From: Ylistrum balloti
Taxonomy: Eukaryota
Assembly: GCF_031769215.1 (NCBI RefSeq)
Contig: NW_026781958.1
Location: 620,001 to 684,000, forward strand
Direction of reading: 5' to 3'
Length of the DNA stretch: 64,000 nt
The translations under genes were made by a program, and so were the position numbers. Shown here in pieces: positions 39,679 to 64,000 of this stretch (positions are counted from its first letter, which is position 1; each line of letters starts with the position of its first letter). The notes below the pieces were generated by a model. The model searched no databases and had not been told where the DNA came from. It saw nothing but the letters and a program-made list of their open reading frames with translations.

Positions 39679-39999
39679 GCAGTGGTGTGATCTCTTGAAT
39701 GGTGATACTTGTACTTGACATTGCATATTTAATTAATGATATGGGTTTTTAGTTTAAATTTGCATATTCCATTTATTCTGTAATTAGTTAATTTTTACTG
39801 TATCTTGTTTAAGTGGAAAGAATAAGGAAACTGTCGTTTTTTATTGACTTCTGAAACAATCTGAGACACTGAAAGAACGTTTTTAAATTTATGAGTTTTG
39901 ATAGTGGTAGTTCATCTGAGAACTTTAGATCTTCAATTACTTTTACTTTCGTTTATTTTTTAATAATAAGTAGCTTCTAGTGAAAATCAATTCTGAAAA

Positions 40000-40751
40000 T
40001 GGAAAAGTTGATCCTGTCACGTACAAGCCATGCCTTATCACGTGACGACCCTATCCTGAACTGATACACTTACTCACGGGATCAGATTGGTTAGAATTTT
40101 TTCGGGCAAAAATACAATTAAAAAAGGGTTTCAGAAATATACACATATGATTCACATCACATATGTAAATAAGGATATTTTATCTGCATAAAAAATATTT
40201 AAAAAATGGTTTGCACTAGCACTTATAAAATTACATTTTCATCTGAAGAAAAATGGTGTATTTTGGGGGTGTTTTTTCTGTGAATTAGAATAATTTAACC
40301 ATATATATAATATTTGTTTTATATAAATATAATACATAATTGGCTGCTTCTTGTCTTGATACAGCAGACGGTCCGCAGCTAGAAAATAATTTTACCATGT
40401 AAGCGGTCCGTTGAAAATCTGTAGTAATGTTTACTAATTCGGGCCGATTACGTAGACTCAAAGATAACATTTCAACACTTTTAAATTGACATTTTAATCG
40501 CTTCATCAATGATCGGTTTATATTCATAGGGGGTGTTCTGTACACATGATGTAGTATACTTGTGCGAACGCGCTTCAATAATATATCCGGATACACTCCG
40601 TTCTGTGCATTAGTATGACAAGGACGAACGAAGGCTAGGCCAAGGACGTGAGGTCACAGCCAGCTGAATCTCGAGCGAGAAGAAAACGTCGAGGTACCGG
40701 GGAGACACACAGAGCTGTCATCCATCCAGAGTCAGTTTAAACAACCTAAAC
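40000..40751 (+). promoter_or_regulatory. Putative glycogen phosphorylase promoter / 5' UTR
   Basis: CpG-enriched region directly upstream of the ATG, with a palindromic E-box TCACGTGA at 40038-40045 and a reverse CCAAT (ATTGG) near 40086. Confidence 0.5.
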
Positions 40752-61742
<20,991 letters not shown>

Positions 61743-61802
61743 GTAAGAATGCTACCACGAAATAAACCAATGTAACACTACCATAGAATTACAACAGTTA
61801 TA

Positions 61803-64000
61803 ACATCACTAGAATATCATCACTGGAAAAGTTATATCAGCACTAGAAAAGTTCACTAGAAAAGTTATATCACTAGAAAAGTTATATCATCACTAGAAAA
61901 GTTCACTAGAAAAGTTATATCATCACTAGAAAAGTAATATCATCACTAGAAAAGTTATATCATCATTGGAAAAGTTCACTAGAAAAGTTATATCATCACT
62001 GGAAAAGTTCACTAGAAAAGTTATATCATCACTAGAAAAGTTATATCATCACTAGAAAAGTTATATCATCATAGAAAAGTTACTAGAAAAGTTATATATC
62101 ATCACTAGAAAAGTTATATCATCACTAGAAAAGTTATATCATCACTAGAAAAGTTCACTAGAAAAGTTATATCATCACTAGAAAAGTTATATCATCACTA
62201 GAAAAGTTCACTAGAAAAGTTATATATCTGGAAAAGTTCACTAGAAAAGTTATATCATCACTAGAAAAGTTCACTAGAAAAGTTATATCATCACTAGAAA
62301 AGTTATATCATCACTAGAAAAGTTATATCATCATTAGAAAAGTTATATCATCACTGAAAAAGTTCACTAGAAAAGTTATATCATCACTAGAAAAGTTATA
62401 TCATCACTAGAAAAGTTCACTAGAAAAGTTATATCATCACTAGAAAAGCTATATCATCATTGGAAAAGTTATATCATCACTAGAAAAGTTCACTAGAAAA
62501 GTTATATCATCACTGGAAAAGTTATATCATCACTAGAAAAGTTATATCATCACTGGAAAAGTTATATCATCACTAGAAAAGTTATATCACCACTGGTAAA
62601 GTTCACTAGAAAAGTTATATCGTCACTAGAAAAGTTATATCATCACTGGAAAAGTTATATCATCACTAGAAAAGTTATATCATCACTTGAAAAGTTATAT
62701 CATCACTAGAAAAGTTATATCATCACTAGAAAAGTTATATCATCACTAGAAAAGTTATATCATCACTAGAAAAGTTATATCATCACTAGAAAAGTTATAT
62801 CATCATTGGAAAAGTTATATCATCACTAGAAAAGTTATATCATCACTGGAAAAGTTCACTAGAAAAGTTATATCATCACTAGAAAAGTTATATCACCACT
62901 AGAAAAGTTATATCATCACTAGAAAAGTTATATCATCACTGGAAAAGTTCACTAGAAAAGTTATATCATCACTAGAAAAGTTATATCATCACTAGAAAAG
63001 TTATATCATCTAGAAAAGTTCACTAGAAAAGTTTATATCAGTTCACTAGAAAAGTTATATCATCACTAGAAAAGTTATATCATCACTAGAAAAGTTATAT
63101 CATCTGAAAAATCACTAGAAAAGTTATATCATTCACTAGAAAAGTTATATCATCACTAGAAAAGTTATATCATCACTAGAAAAGTTATATCATCACTGAA
63201 AAAGTTCACTAGAAAAGTTATATCATCACTGAAAAAGTTCACTAGAAAAGTTATATCATCACTAGAAAAGTTATATCATCACTAGAAAAGTTATATCATC
63301 ACTAGAAAAGTTATATCATCACTGGAAAAGTTCACTAGAAAAGTTATATCATCACTAGAAAAGTTATATCATCACTAGAAAAGTTATATCATCACTAGAA
63401 AAGTTCACTAGAAAAGTTATATCATCACTGGAAAAGTTCACTAGAAAAGTTATATCATCACTAGAAAAGTTATATATCATCACTAGAAAAGTTATATCAT
63501 CACTAGAAAAGTTCACTAGAAAAGTTATATCATCACTAGAAAAGTTCACTAGAAAAGTTATATATCACTAGAAAAGTTCACTAGAAAAGTTATATCATCA
63601 CTAGAAAAGTTATATCATCACTAGAAAAGTTATATATCATCACTAGAAAAGTTATATCATCACTAGAAAAGTTATATCATCACTAGAAAAGTTATATCAT
63701 CACTAGAAAAGTTATATCATCACTAGAAAAGTTCACTAGAAAAGTTATATCATCACTAGAAAAGTTCACTAGAAAAGTTATATCATCACTAGAAAAGTTC
63801 ACTAGAAAAGTTATATCATCACTAGAAAAGTTATATCATCACTAGAAAAGTTATATCATCACTAGAAAAGTTATATCATCATTGGAAAAGTTATATCATC
63901 ACTAGAAAAGTTCACTAGAAATGTTATATCATCATTGGAAAAGTTATATCATCACTAGAAAAGTTATATCATCACTAGAAAAGTTATATCATCACTAGAA
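61803..64000. repeat. Mixed 20-bp / 13-bp minisatellite running off the right edge
   Basis: Units TCACTAGAAAAGTTATATCA and CACTAGAAAAGTT, interleaved. Confidence 0.97.

Noticed and set aside
63364-63549. NFSSDDIT resembling the phosphorylase C-terminal KFSSDRTI motif
   Set aside because: It is on the opposite strand and is simply the 20/13-bp satellite translated; the true last exon must lie beyond 64000.

Overview
AT-rich, intron-rich animal genomic DNA, probably from a mollusc (bivalve-like; inferred from the repeat families and gene structure, not proven). Three spliced protein-coding genes can be built exon by exon with GT-AG boundaries and consistent phases. (1) The 5' part of an Ena/VASP-family gene is on the minus strand: ATGAG micro first exon at 29038-29034, then exons 7231-7066 and 3637-3469, which give the complete EVH1 domain; the rest lies left of the window. 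(2) A complete 3-exon SRP9 gene is on the plus strand (29480-30474, 78 aa), head-to-head with Ena across a 441-bp spacer carrying two opposed ETS motifs. (3) A glycogen phosphorylase gene is on the plus strand (15 exons, 40752-61742, 794 codons; the last exon lies right of the window). About 12 kb (roughly 18%) is tandem repeat, which explains all the long ORFs in the supplied track. Mobile elements: a tRNA-containing miniature LTR element (TRIM), a 5'-truncated CR1-type LINE lacking its RT core, a tRNA-derived SINE, a MITE with a 5-bp TSD and a Helentron-type HINE. The most unusual items are a ~55-copy minisatellite made from the phosphorylase exon 13/intron boundary (a tandem array of splice donors, with an in-frame stop right after the real one) and a candidate alternative Ena first exon encoding an acidic, Tyr-rich peptide with an Abl/Src-type phosphorylation motif.
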